A stretch of DNA of 62,787 bases, counting the filler, from Corallochytrium limacisporum Hawaii (Eukaryota > Protista > Pluriformea), in the NCBI GenBank assembly GCA_002811645.1. It is 4 parts of 4 records of this genome, joined end to end, with 100 filler letters (N's around TTAATTAATTAA, not from the genome) between each part and the next. Parts side by side here need not be neighbours in the genome. Positions count along the whole stretch, not along the records: positions 1 to 29,124 come from PDIP01000075.1; 3 more parts are not named here. One strand, 5' to 3'. Below the pieces are notes generated by a model. It saw only the letters and a program-made list of their open reading frames with translations. It had not been told where the DNA came from and did not search any database. Positions 1 to 10,981 of the stretch are shown here, in pieces. A program made the position numbers and the translations under genes. Positions within the stretch are counted from its first letter, which is position 1. Every line of letters begins with the position of its first letter.

Positions 1-3000
1 GGGATTCGAATGAATGTGATTTGAATAGATTCGGCCTAATATTATGAGACAGAGGGTGGTACGTGCGGTGTGTGGTGTCCCATGTGTCGCCAATTGGACC
101 CACAGCCCTCCTCCCTTTCCTCCCTCCTGGCCCCTTCCGCCCTGCTCGTTCAGCTGGTGCTTGTATTTCTCTGGTTCTGTACTCCCTTCCTCCCCCCGCC
201 CCCCCCCCTGGCCTTGATCAGGAGTCTATTTATTTTGCTTAGTTGGTGTTTCCTTTGGGAGCTCTTGGGACACTTCGAGAAAATGCTTTGGCCCGGCCCG
301 CCCTCTTTATGGTACGATCAAGTCCCGCAAACAGATTGATTGCAAGATCATTATGATTTTTTGATTATTTTTTGATTACTGTACATGGTTGGCATTTGTT
401 TGTACCTTCATTTGCTGTTGGGTCCCTGCTGGTTGCGCTGCCGTTCAGGACGAGCAAGAGCTGCGACACATCCAAGGGGACAGTAATGTTGATCGGATAT
501 CTAGACATGGGTGGAACATGAAACATGGAATACAGATGTTGGGATCTGCACTGATATGGCATGGTAATGATATTCTGATGACCACCGACAGAGTAGTTCA
601 TATGGCGGTGTCCGTGAGATCTAATGGGAGCTGGACCATTGATAGAGATAGCACCTTGCACGCATGATTGGAGACCGCCGTTCAAAGTCAAGAAGATGCC
701 CATCATCATCATCCCAGCTCTCAACCGCCATCAGATCAGTCCACTTTGGTGCACAAGGACTAATGTCCCGCCATGCTCATAGCCGGGGAGTTCCGTATCA
801 GAGCAAACCGTTCAGCGTGATCCTTGGTAGTACGTTTGTGGTGGTGCACGCAGCGGGCAGATAACCCCAACGGTTGCTAAAGATCAGGCCAAACCCGGTC
901 CCCGGACCCTGTTTCAGAATTCCATTACCTGGCTATCGTCAGATAAGTTGGCCATCTGACGAGACAAACAAACAGCACGCTTTCTTAATCCAGCCCCGTT
1001 GGGATTTATGGGCAGTGAGTCGTACGAGGGTCGCTTTGATGAGGTGGCAAATGTCTCGTAGTGAATGTACGACAACCCATACCGGCCTGGGGAAGGAAAT
1101 AGTTGAAAATTGGACTCCTGATGTGGGCCCAGTGACCAGAGGTCAATTGCCACATCCCAGAGAAATCTATTCCACAAACCCTGGGTTTTACCTCGAAAGG
1201 CTCCAAACCTGGAATTTCTAATCGATATGGCTCGACTGGCAGATTATATACCGTACTTTTTATACTACAGTGAAATACATAATGAAACTAAGTACCTATC
1301 GATTCGTTCTCTTTTTTTCCAGCCCCTCCCAAGATGACCCGCTTTGGTCATGCCAACGAGAACACTGCGCCGGGGGGGTGGCGGGGGGAAAGGTTGTGGT
1401 TCTCGAGCCACAGACCACCGTATATTCATCATAGGCTGGCAAAAATAGGGTGCCCTACGACGTATGTCGTGCGCAGGCCGCAGGTCCGTACCCCACGTTT
1501 GTCCGGGCTTCTTCGGTACTCAATGAATGAGAGGCTCCTACAGAACACTTCAAAGGTGACGGTGAGGCCATAGACGGAAACTGTCACTCATTAAAAAAAT
1601 TCCATAGTAAATGTACCAAACTCCGAGATTTTTGGACCACAGCATTAACGAAGAACGACATTGTGGGTTAGAAAGGACGATACACCCACATGAAATGCAC
1701 AATACTCGCATTTACTGCGGTACAAATCGTATAGAGAGTACTACCAAGCACTGTTGAACTCCGACTAAGCGTTTCTAAAATCATATGACTCTGAATTCAC
1801 CTTCCTTGGCCCGTGCCAAGTGTCAGGAGTGGATGGGACAAGACTCATTGTCGGGTTCGTCGATTGAGTGATGGGACACCCTGTGAAGCTGAACGGGATG
1901 TTGTTCACCATGTTCAGTTTACTCACGAGTTTTCTGTGTCCTCTTCAGCTTGCCGGGGCCATTAGTTTTAAACGATTTGGCCCGTTCCTTGGGAGGAGGT
2001 GTGCCTGCATCCCATTCTCCTCCTCGTTCGCTCGGCAGTATCTGCTTGATGTTTTCAGTGCAACTCACGCAGGCAAATCAAGGGGCTGACGCATGGGCGC
2101 GAGGATCTCGGAGAGCGGGGCGTATTTTTTTGGGCTCGCTGGCCTGCTCGACCCTTACTACCGAAATTGTATGCGCCTTGGAACACCTATGAAGGCGTAC
2201 GGAACCGCCTTGGAGCTTTTGGCATTTGCAAGACACGGCTGAAATCTGTCAATTGGCAAAGATTGCCTCATGTCACAAAATGCAAAGTCAGTCGCTATAT
2301 AAATTGTATGGTAGCTTGGGGTAATGAGGAGTGGGCAATTAATAAGCGATGATGACTTGACAATTTGACAAGGCAACAGAAATGAAACGGGAAGGAGAAC
2401 CCTAAGCACCCGTTTAATACAGAATGTACTGCAACAATTAGCCTAGATCTGATTGTTGTGGAATAAATGCGCGGATGGGTTCTCCCAACGCGGACACCCA
2501 ATCCTTGCTGAGTATTGGCGAAGACGTGAACGAGCTATGGTGCGTCGAGAAAGTTGACAGCACGGTTTTCACGTTCTGTCATCAAAATTGATCGCAGTGG
2601 AAATACCATCGAAAAAGTAACTCGCTCTCGCCACCAAAATGAGATCTCAACCGTGTCACACACTGTGTCGAATGTAAACCCCCCCCCTTCCCGCAACGTC
2701 ACTCGTCTCCTCGGGCGGACCTGCTTGGCGATGGTATATTCAGTATGCAACTGGTGGATGGGTAGGAACGGGCGAAGAGCAAGAAGACAGTGGGTACACC
2801 AATCCGACGAACAGGCGGCCTACGTCAACCTGAATTGTGCAAAAACAAAGAATTTTCTCAAATGCAACCGGAGCCGAGTAGGTTAGATCTGAATTTTTTG
2901 CGGGCGAATGTGCCGAAATTGTGTCTCCTTCACCATTCGAAGCCAAAACGTCACCCGCCCCGGGGTCCTGTTTTGGTTGGTGGTGAGGACCGGGTACTGA

Positions 3001-6000
3001 ACGCTGCCTTGGTCGATGCACTCCCCCAACCCCGCCGTGGGGACTTGCCCTCCTCCAATAGGCCAGCCAAATTCTTTCCTTCTGACGAAGACCGGAGAGA
3101 AAAAAAAAATACATGAGAAAGGGACCCGGAATAAAGTGGAAAGTGGAATGGTTGCTCGGATTGTGAAAGCGCGAGACCAGTGTTTGTAGTGACCAACTGG
3201 GATCTCAGCTACCGTGCCCAAGGTGTGCATCATAGTATTTAAGCAGTCAAATATAAACCCTGGCGGCACTGCCAAAATGATTTCCAAAATTAAAAAGGAA
3301 TCGGCCAGACGATTCACCAGTCCGCCCAGAGACGGGGACGTTACCGTCACGTTCGGTATATAAAGTACTGCTATTTTGCAGTAAACGGTCAAAAGGGGCA
3401 AGTCTTAAGTCTGTGGGGGAGGCGAAGTGGTATTCTTTCGATGGACCCATCAGCAATGGTCACAGACTATCCCCACCCACTACTGCTGCGCAACACGAAT
3501 AGAGTGGCCTGAGCGGTTGGAGACCATACAATTTATATAGAGAAGCACACATGAGACTGAGAAAAGATTAACGATAAGAAAATGGCGTGGGTTTGGAGTG
3601 GGTGTCTGTATTTTTTAACTCTTTTTACCGGGTCCCATTGCCGTGCGACTCTTGACCACTCGAAATTTGCCATTATTTTTGTATTGGATCGCAGTGGTGA
3701 CACTGCCAACACAGCGACATTGTCGTTCGGGTGGGGTAGAGCGTAACTGGACAACCGTACAATGACATGACTAGGTTGACCGGTTTCCACGACTGCGTCA
3801 TGTGCCACTGTCGTTTTGGCCATGCTGAAAGGAACAGTAGAGAAACAATAGTTCATATCTGGTCCTACGACTTTTCCTATGGATGGCAATGGATGCTTGT
3901 ACATAGTGTATGTGCTTTAGTATCCGCGCTGTTCCTCAGAGGTAGGTTGATTGTCCGTTTCGTGACATGTCGCCCCTGGCCTTATTTGCTCCATTCCGCA
4001 TTCTTTGCTGGATCTGTCGCTTTGGTCTCTTGTGTGTGTATGACAGTGTCTTCGAGTGTATGTGCTCAGCCCATTCATTTCGAAAGGAAACCAACAGATC
4101 TGCAGAGCTCCCGAGAAAATGAAAGCCACCACAGCCCGCTACAGTCACACAGTGTTGTAAAAGTATTTGGGTACCGAACATGGAGAAAGCCAAGGTTTGG
4201 AATGTCAGAACACCCCCCCTTTTTCCTGACTGTCAAAAATGTGTCTCCTTCCCAAATTATTCTGCAGTTGGTGCACTCGTTCCGAGGAATGAAGAGAGTA
4301 GGAATTGCGCAATGATGGGGGTGCTGGTGTGTATGGCATTCCAGCGTTCAGTCTGTCCCAGTTCAACCAGGAAACAGCCCGCTTTGTGACTCCGCGCTCG
4401 GTTTTGTTCTTGATCTTATCCAACTTTTTTTTTTGTCCACTGTTGGGGGAGGGCGTTCGTGTACCCAAAATTCGTGTCCCGCCCCACACCACCACACCCC
4501 CCCCCCAATCCCGCCTCGGTCGAACTGTCCAACCAGAGAGCGGGTACTGGGCCGTGTGGGATTTACCAGGTCTTGCAGCCTTACTAAATTTGCCGGTTCT
4601 CAACTTTTCGCGCTTGTGCATGTTGCATAAGGTCCATGTTTGGAGCTTACTCTGACTTGGAGAGCGGTGGGTGGGTAGCCCTTTAAACTCTTGGCCACAA
4701 CAAACCTGCTGTTGCTCTGCAATTTAGCAGCGGGTTGGATACTGAAATGTATCTGCTTACTCGGTTCTCCACCACCACTGGTATTCCTCCCACTCTATCG
4801 CGTGTGTTCATCGTCCCCTCCCGCTCGTTTGGTCTTAGTTTCTTGTGCTCCGGTCACACAACACAAGGAAACACACCCCTTCGGCTGGTTGGCAGGTTGA
4901 AGAAAATCTCTCATTATAGGTAATATATGACTGTTCTTTAAAGAACCCATTCTAGATGTTCAACGGCAGATAAAGAGATAGTAAGGATAAGGAGAAAGTG
5001 AGATGTGACAGTTACGCCTCCCCTGCTGCGCGCACGAGCCAAGGCTCCTCCTCCCTTTTTTCCTTTGTGGTATCTCGCGGCCTGGTTGTTTCTGTCGCAC
5101 TGGCGCTTCCCCAGATTTTTAATTTTGTCATTTTCACTTCTGCCACTTCCCCCCTCCCCCTTCCCCTTGCTCTGGCCGATTGGAATTCCTCTCCTGTCTC
5201 TATCTCTCTTTTTTCTTGCCGTCCTTCAGTGGAAAGTGTTTGGCAGCAGTGGCAGTATGAAAACGTCACAATGGAGAATTCATTATTTGCGACGAATTTA
5301 AGAAATACAAAAATAAATACAAGAACCCGCGACCTTCCGAAATACCTTCACTGCTGCCATTTCTTGCATATATTTGCTATAGATAATACGGAAGAATCTA
5401 CCAGGCCCCTGTGAACACAATCACTTCTCAGACCTGCAACCATACGCCACCCGTTTGGTTTCTTCTCGTGCTTCCTCCCCCCTCCCCAACTTCCTCGCTC
5501 TACACTCTTCCTTCTTTGCCTCTCGCTCGGCTTACCTTCCACCACTCCAATCCCTGTCCTCATTCCCCCCCCCCACACCCGTGCGGGGTTTGTTCCAATG
5601 GCCCATTGCTCACAGTTGTCTCAGGAGGACAACAGGCAGCAGGCTACTCATGTGTCGCTGCTGAGCGCAGTACGGGAGCCGCCCGGGAAAAGGGGGGGGG
5701 GGTTTGGGGCTTCGAAAACCCATTCTACAGCGTTGACTACCGCGGTCCCTGATGATCATCTCCGCCCACTGTGCACGAAAGCAAGAACACTGATACACGA
5801 GACAGTGCGGGGGTTGGAGAGGACAGGAGGCAATTGGATATACCTTCTGGGGGTTGGGGAGGGACCCCCAGCACCTTTGAAACCGCCGTCCCCGCTCTGT
5901 ATGTCCAACGCAGTGTGTGTACCTGACGAGGGGTCTTGCCTGTCCCTGCGGGCCACTTCTTCCGATTTGTTCCTTCCTTTCGGGCCGACGAACAAGACGT

Positions 6001-7055
6001 TCCTTCCTTTTCCCTGTCCTCCCCCCCACCACCACCACCACCAAAAAAGAAGTAGAAAAATCGTGCCGGACCTTTTGCCTCGTCCTTTGATCTGACCGCC
6101 GTCCCCCTTTTCCCAATTTCTTTTTTCTGTGTCAGTTCTTTTTGTTCCGGCTAACCCCCACCCCTTTCCTCTCTCCTCCCTTTTACAGGCATTGTCCACC
6201 TTTCTTTGTTTCCTTCGTTTCGAAAAGGATTTTTTTTGTGCCACTCTTCTCGCTTCTTCCCCCCTCCCCCCGTCTCCATTTCGGGGCCTCCTTTTTCCTA
6301 ATACCCCGGCCCGGGAAAAAAAAAGGATGGAAGGGAAGGTGGCGAGAGTTGGGGAAGGGAGGGGAAGAAAGTAGGGAGAGGGGGAGAGGGAAGGGGGGGG
6401 GTGTCACTTCTCGCTATTATCGCCCTGTCGCAGTGAGGGAGCAAGCGCGCCCCCGCGCTAGGTTCGGCACCACACGGCTCGGACCATGGTGCATAGGTCT
6501 ACCAAAGGTGCTGCATTGGCAAACATTGTTTTCAAATGGTAGGTGTTCCTGATTTTTTTCTTCCCGAGAAATCCTGGAGGCTTCTGGGTTTATCTGTGCT
6601 CTGAAGATGCCAGTGTTGTGAGTACGTTCCGTCGGGACCTTTCATTTTTTGTGCGAGGAAGGACGATCGTACATTTTTTGCTTTGTTGGCCAGGAAAAGA
6701 AGAACCGTGACAAAAAAAGAGGAACGACTGCAACGAGGTGCGTTCTGTTTCAAGGTGTCTTGTTGCTGAAAGTTGAAACACTCCCAAGTACGACGACTTG
6801 TAACAGTTTTCACCCTTGTCGTGGCATCCAAGGTGAAAGTGTGGTACTTGGAACGTGTCTAGGGAGAAGATGAGGTTTTCACCTTTTGCGGCATAGTAAG
6901 TAATGATCAACTGTCGTGTACAAACGGGCCAAACTACAGTCTGTCACCTGTGAATCGTTCAGCTGAAGACATTTCTTCCTTTGAAAGATAAGACTCATTT
7001 GCAGAGTACCCACCGTTACAAATTGGGCTTTACGCAGATATTTACATAGTTGGCA

Positions 7056-8126
7056 ATGAGTCCAAACGTCCACACCAAGCGACCCACTCCTGTCGAAGCC
7101 ATGGATGTAGACAACAACAAGATGCCTGAGCCTCAGGCTGACGAGGCATTCACCGGTGGAAACATCTACGAAGAGGGCAACATGCGCCACTACAACGAGT
7201 ATGTCGTTGACATGACCCAGCCTCCAGTCGGCAACGGACGTCATGGTGATGTCTACATGGGTATGCACTCCAAGACCGGCAAGAAGGTAGCAGTCAAGAC
7301 CGTCGTCCGCAAGCAGCGCACAGAAGACCGCCAACGTATGGAGATCCTACTTATGCGTCGTTTGAAGCACCCTAACATTGTCCGCCTGGTTGATGTCATT
7401 GAGACGGACCGGGAGTTCATCCTGATCACAGAGTTTGTTGAGGGTGGCGAACTCTTTAGTCGCATTCGCGATAGTGGCCCGGGATACCTTGAAGAGAAGG
7501 AAATGCGCCACTACTTTGCACAGCTGATTAGTGCTGTGGAGTACTGCCATAAGCACGGAATCAGCCATCGGGACTTGAAGCCGGAGAACATTCTTCTTGA
7601 CGCTGAAGCTGACCGGGTAAAGATTATTGATTTCGGTTTCGGAAACATCATGCAGCCAAACAAGCAGCTCAAGACTCGCTGCGGCTCTCCTCACTACATG
7701 CCTCCTGAGATTGTTCAGGGCAAGCAGTACCAGGGACATGCCGTCGACGTATGGTGTCTCGGCGTGACCCTGTACGTGTCTCTGTGCGGTCGCTATCCGT
7801 TCGACGGTGGCAACATTCAGGAGCTGTATGCTGAGATCCTGACGGCTCCCTTGCACTTCCCTAAGGAACGTCACCTTAGCCTGCAGTGTCAGCAGCTGGT
7901 CTACATGATGTTGGAGCGGAATCCTGCCACGCGCATTACCATTGAGGCTATCAAGGAGCACCCCTGGCTAGTTGCTGAGGAAAAGCAAGCTGTAAGGCTG
8001 ACTCCTTCCAGTACGCGCATGGATCGCAAGTCTGAACCGACCACAAATGGTAAGGCCAACGGCAAGTCAAAACGCCCTGTTGGCAAGGACAAACTGGACG
8101 ATGACAAGAAGTGTGTGATTTGCTAG
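7056..8126 (+). CDS. CAMK-group (AMPK/SNF1/MARK-like) Ser/Thr protein kinase with C-terminal CaaX motif
   Basis: Uninterrupted ORF; first ATG at 7056 (track start 7050 is TTG). Gly loop GNGRHG, VAVK, HPNIVRL, HRDLKPEN, DFG, activation loop TRCGSPHYMPPE, DVWCLGV. Ends KKCVIC-stop. Confidence 0.93.
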   Translation: MSPNVHTKRPTPVEAMDVDNNKMPEPQADEAFTGGNIYEEGNMRHYNEYVVDMTQPPVGNGRHGDVYMGMHSKTGKKVAVKTVVRKQRTEDRQRMEILLMRRLKHPNIVRLVDVIETDREFILITEFVEGGELFSRIRDSGPGYLEEKEMRHYFAQLISAVEYCHKHGISHRDLKPENILLDAEADRVKIIDFGFGNIMQPNKQLKTRCGSPHYMPPEIVQGKQYQGHAVDVWCLGVTLYVSLCGRYPFDGGNIQELYAEILTAPLHFPKERHLSLQCQQLVYMMLERNPATRITIEAIKEHPWLVAEEKQAVRLTPSSTRMDRKSEPTTNGKANGKSKRPVGKDKLDDDKKCVIC

Positions 8127-8779
8127 ATCTGTTGCTTCCCTGGTGGAACCCCCGGAGGGAATATTTGAAAAATACTGAACACCATTTGGCATTTGGCATG
8201 CATCAACAAGCATGTGACGCACGCACACACATACTTGACATACTTTAACTTCTCATGATATCAATGCATTCACACGACTTTCGAATCGATCCAGACACAA
8301 ACTGGACAGCTTACACTCCCTAGACAGGAGTCTACGAAACAGCGGGCGGGTACACTTTGAACTTTGCAAAGGGCATGACTGCATCATTCCCAAAAAATTT
8401 CTGTTCAACATCATATTCTGCAATTTTGCAAAGGGAAAGAGGTATATTGTAATAATCGAGAACAAGTTCAAACTCTGAAGGAAACGTAGTAAGCAGTACC
8501 TAGTGGGAAAAAGGGAAAGCGAACACAAGCTCCAATAGCGAACCCCTATGCGCTTTCTTTCAGACATTGTTTTAGATGCGGAACCGCTACAAACCAAGTA
8601 CATTATAACACCTATTCAAACAGTAAACATGAAAGAACCAAGTCATCTCATTGACATCATAGTCGGTAATATAGTGTGTGACCCTCTAACCTATGCAACG
8701 GTTAGAATTCTATCCTCGCTAATTCAATGCATGTATCAATGTCGGGGCATGGAAACAATGACGAAAGAAGAGACCATAC

Positions 8780-9850
8780 TCATGAGCTTGCCTTCTCCTG
8801 AGCACCGATCTGTCTGGTCAGTTCAATGTACTTCTGTACAGTAGCCTTGGCTGCACCGGAGAGCAATGCGTTCTTTGCCTCCTTGAAGCCATCCTTGAGC
8901 GTCTCCACTCGTCCTGCGACGTACAGAAGCGCGGCTGCCTGAATGCATACGAAATCTGCCTCGGCTCGCTCCTTGCCGTCCAGGATATCGTTGAAGATGG
9001 CTCGGTTATACTGTGCATCGCCACCCTGCATGTCGGTGAGTTTGTGGATCTGGGCGCCAAAATCGTCCACTGGGTGGACCTCATATTGACAAATCGCACC
9101 GTTCTTGATTTCCCAGATGCTCGTCTTGCCCTCCGGGGAGATCTCATCCAGTCCACATTGGCCCCAGCACACGATGGCCCGGTCGACGCCGCGCATCTTT
9201 AGAACTTCGGCCATGACCGGTCCTAAGCCTTCCTGGTAGACGCCAAAGACACCTACTTTGGGACTTGTGGGGTTCATTAGTGGTCCCAAGATGTTGAAGA
9301 TAGTTCGTGTCCCGATTTGCTTTCGCGCCTTAGCTACGTTAGCCATGGACGGGTGGAATACTTGGGCAAAGAGGAAGGCATAGTTGGCCTGCTCGATTAC
9401 CTCCTTCAATCCCCTAGGACTCACGCTCAGGTCCGCACCCATCGCTTCCAGTAGATCCGCAGATCCGCACTTGCTGCTGGCTGCACGATTCCCGTGTTTA
9501 GCGACGCGTAATCCAAAGCTAGCAACAACCAATCCAGCAGCGGTGCTGACGTTGAAAGTGTCCACACCATCACCTCCCGTGCCAACAATGTCCAGTGTTG
9601 TACCCCAGTCCTCGCACAGATTCGCGTGGGCTAGCATTTCCTCCACCGCGCCATTCACGACTATCGGATCATGACCGCGCTTGAGTTTCAGGGCTATGAG
9701 CAGTGCACCCTTTTGTGACTCTGTGGCGATGCCTTCAGCCATTTCCTTGAATGCACCGCGGACCTTGGTGTGCAGGCCCTCAATCTCATTAGGACCATCG
9801 CAGAGGTCCTTGATCAAAGTCCTAGTTACCGGTCCTCCCTCGTTCGCCAT
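8780..9850 (-). CDS. TRP4: Anthranilate phosphoribosyltransferase
   Basis: DIVGTGGDG, TFNVST, AKHGNRAASSKCGSADLLE, FLFAQVFHP, RTIFNILGPL and GLDEIS are TrpD signature motifs; 356 aa monofunctional enzyme. Confidence 0.97.
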   Translation of the reverse strand: MANEGGPVTRTLIKDLCDGPNEIEGLHTKVRGAFKEMAEGIATESQKGALLIALKLKRGHDPIVVNGAVEEMLAHANLCEDWGTTLDIVGTGGDGVDTFNVSTAAGLVVASFGLRVAKHGNRAASSKCGSADLLEAMGADLSVSPRGLKEVIEQANYAFLFAQVFHPSMANVAKARKQIGTRTIFNILGPLMNPTSPKVGVFGVYQEGLGPVMAEVLKMRGVDRAIVCWGQCGLDEISPEGKTSIWEIKNGAICQYEVHPVDDFGAQIHKLTDMQGGDAQYNRAIFNDILDGKERAEADFVCIQAAALLYVAGRVETLKDGFKEAKNALLSGAAKATVQKYIELTRQIGAQEKASS

Positions 9851-10033
9851 TGTATTCGATTCTTGTGTGGTTATTCTGGGGCGTTCCCCGTGACTTCAAG
9901 AACACTAAGTTTTTCAAATATCTTCCTGTTTTCTAAGGTTGTGTCGCAGCTTATGTTGTTATAAAATAATGGTGCGCTGCCGTGTCCACTGACAACAAGT
10001 ATCCATTCAATGAGTTCCTATGTACCTGCGATG

Positions 10034-10480
10034 TTATGTTACATCTCTGCAGATCTTCGTAGTGGTAATGATGGTCCTCCTACCACGACCACCATCATTG
10101 TCGCTAATGCAGCAAAGACCAGGAACGAGAGTGAAGCTATCAGACACTAGGAAAGATAGGTGTGAGGATCGCGCAGAGTATACAGGGATCCCGACCGCCG
10201 GGCGAACTTGGGTCAACAACCAGAATGTGTGGCCGTTGCCCTTTAGCTGGAGAGCACAACCGGGTCTCCATTTGTGAGCGAGCGCCACGTGAAATGCCCT
10301 TTGCCATACTGAAAGTACGGCAGCCAATTCGTACCCACTGCGGGAGAGATATCGAAATTCTCCTGAAAGGTCCCCATTAAAGAAAGAAACCACAATGGAG
10401 GCTCTCTGCTGTCACTTCATATGTTCACTACCGAAACCGCGGAAGGAACCTTGAGTCCAGACGGCTCCATCGCTCCAGGT
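10034..10480 (-). mobile_element. Degenerate non-LTR (L1/Tx1-like) reverse transcriptase relic
   Basis: Minus-strand translation gives GFGSEHMK* (cf. GFG..FI.W), then NGDLSGEF..SRSG...LS (cf. NG.LS..F...RG.RQG.PLS), then GIPV....SHLSFLVSD (cf. GI....SHLLFADD), in the right order but disrupted. Confidence 0.45.
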
Positions 10481-10981
10481 TGCGCAAGCGCGGCCCGAGG
10501 AACAAGGGGGAGAGAGTTCTTCGGATGGCGGTTGATTATTTGATTTTTTGATTTTTAATCAAATGTTCTCTGAATCGTTTCACCCGAGAAGAGGCGGGTG
10601 ATCAGGGCGACCAACCTCAGGAAGAAAATCCCTACGCCCGTGGTCTCGCCACAGGGCAAGCCCGACCACGTCGTTTATAGGTGCCTCGGATTGTCTGGAA
10701 CTTGGGCTCTCTTTCTCTACTCGCCCTTGGAAAAGGTACTTGGTTCAGACTTCTGAACATGGCTTGATATAATGTCAACGACACCTGGGTGACCAAAGAA
10801 GACCGTCTCAACCGGACCAACTACGAAGCCAGGCATCGATAGTTGACGAATGGGCGGAAACTTCAGAACGATCAATTTGATCAGTTAGACATGGATCGGC
10901 TTGGATGAAGGGCTTAGCGACCCCAAAGTGGGCGCATTATATAAACTCAATTCGGTCACCTAGTGAAAGCAAACTTAAACA

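Noticed and set aside
3502-3520. tRNA A-box-like GAGTGGCCTGAGCGGTT
   Set aside because: No anticodon arm, T-arm/B-box or acceptor-stem pairing downstream.
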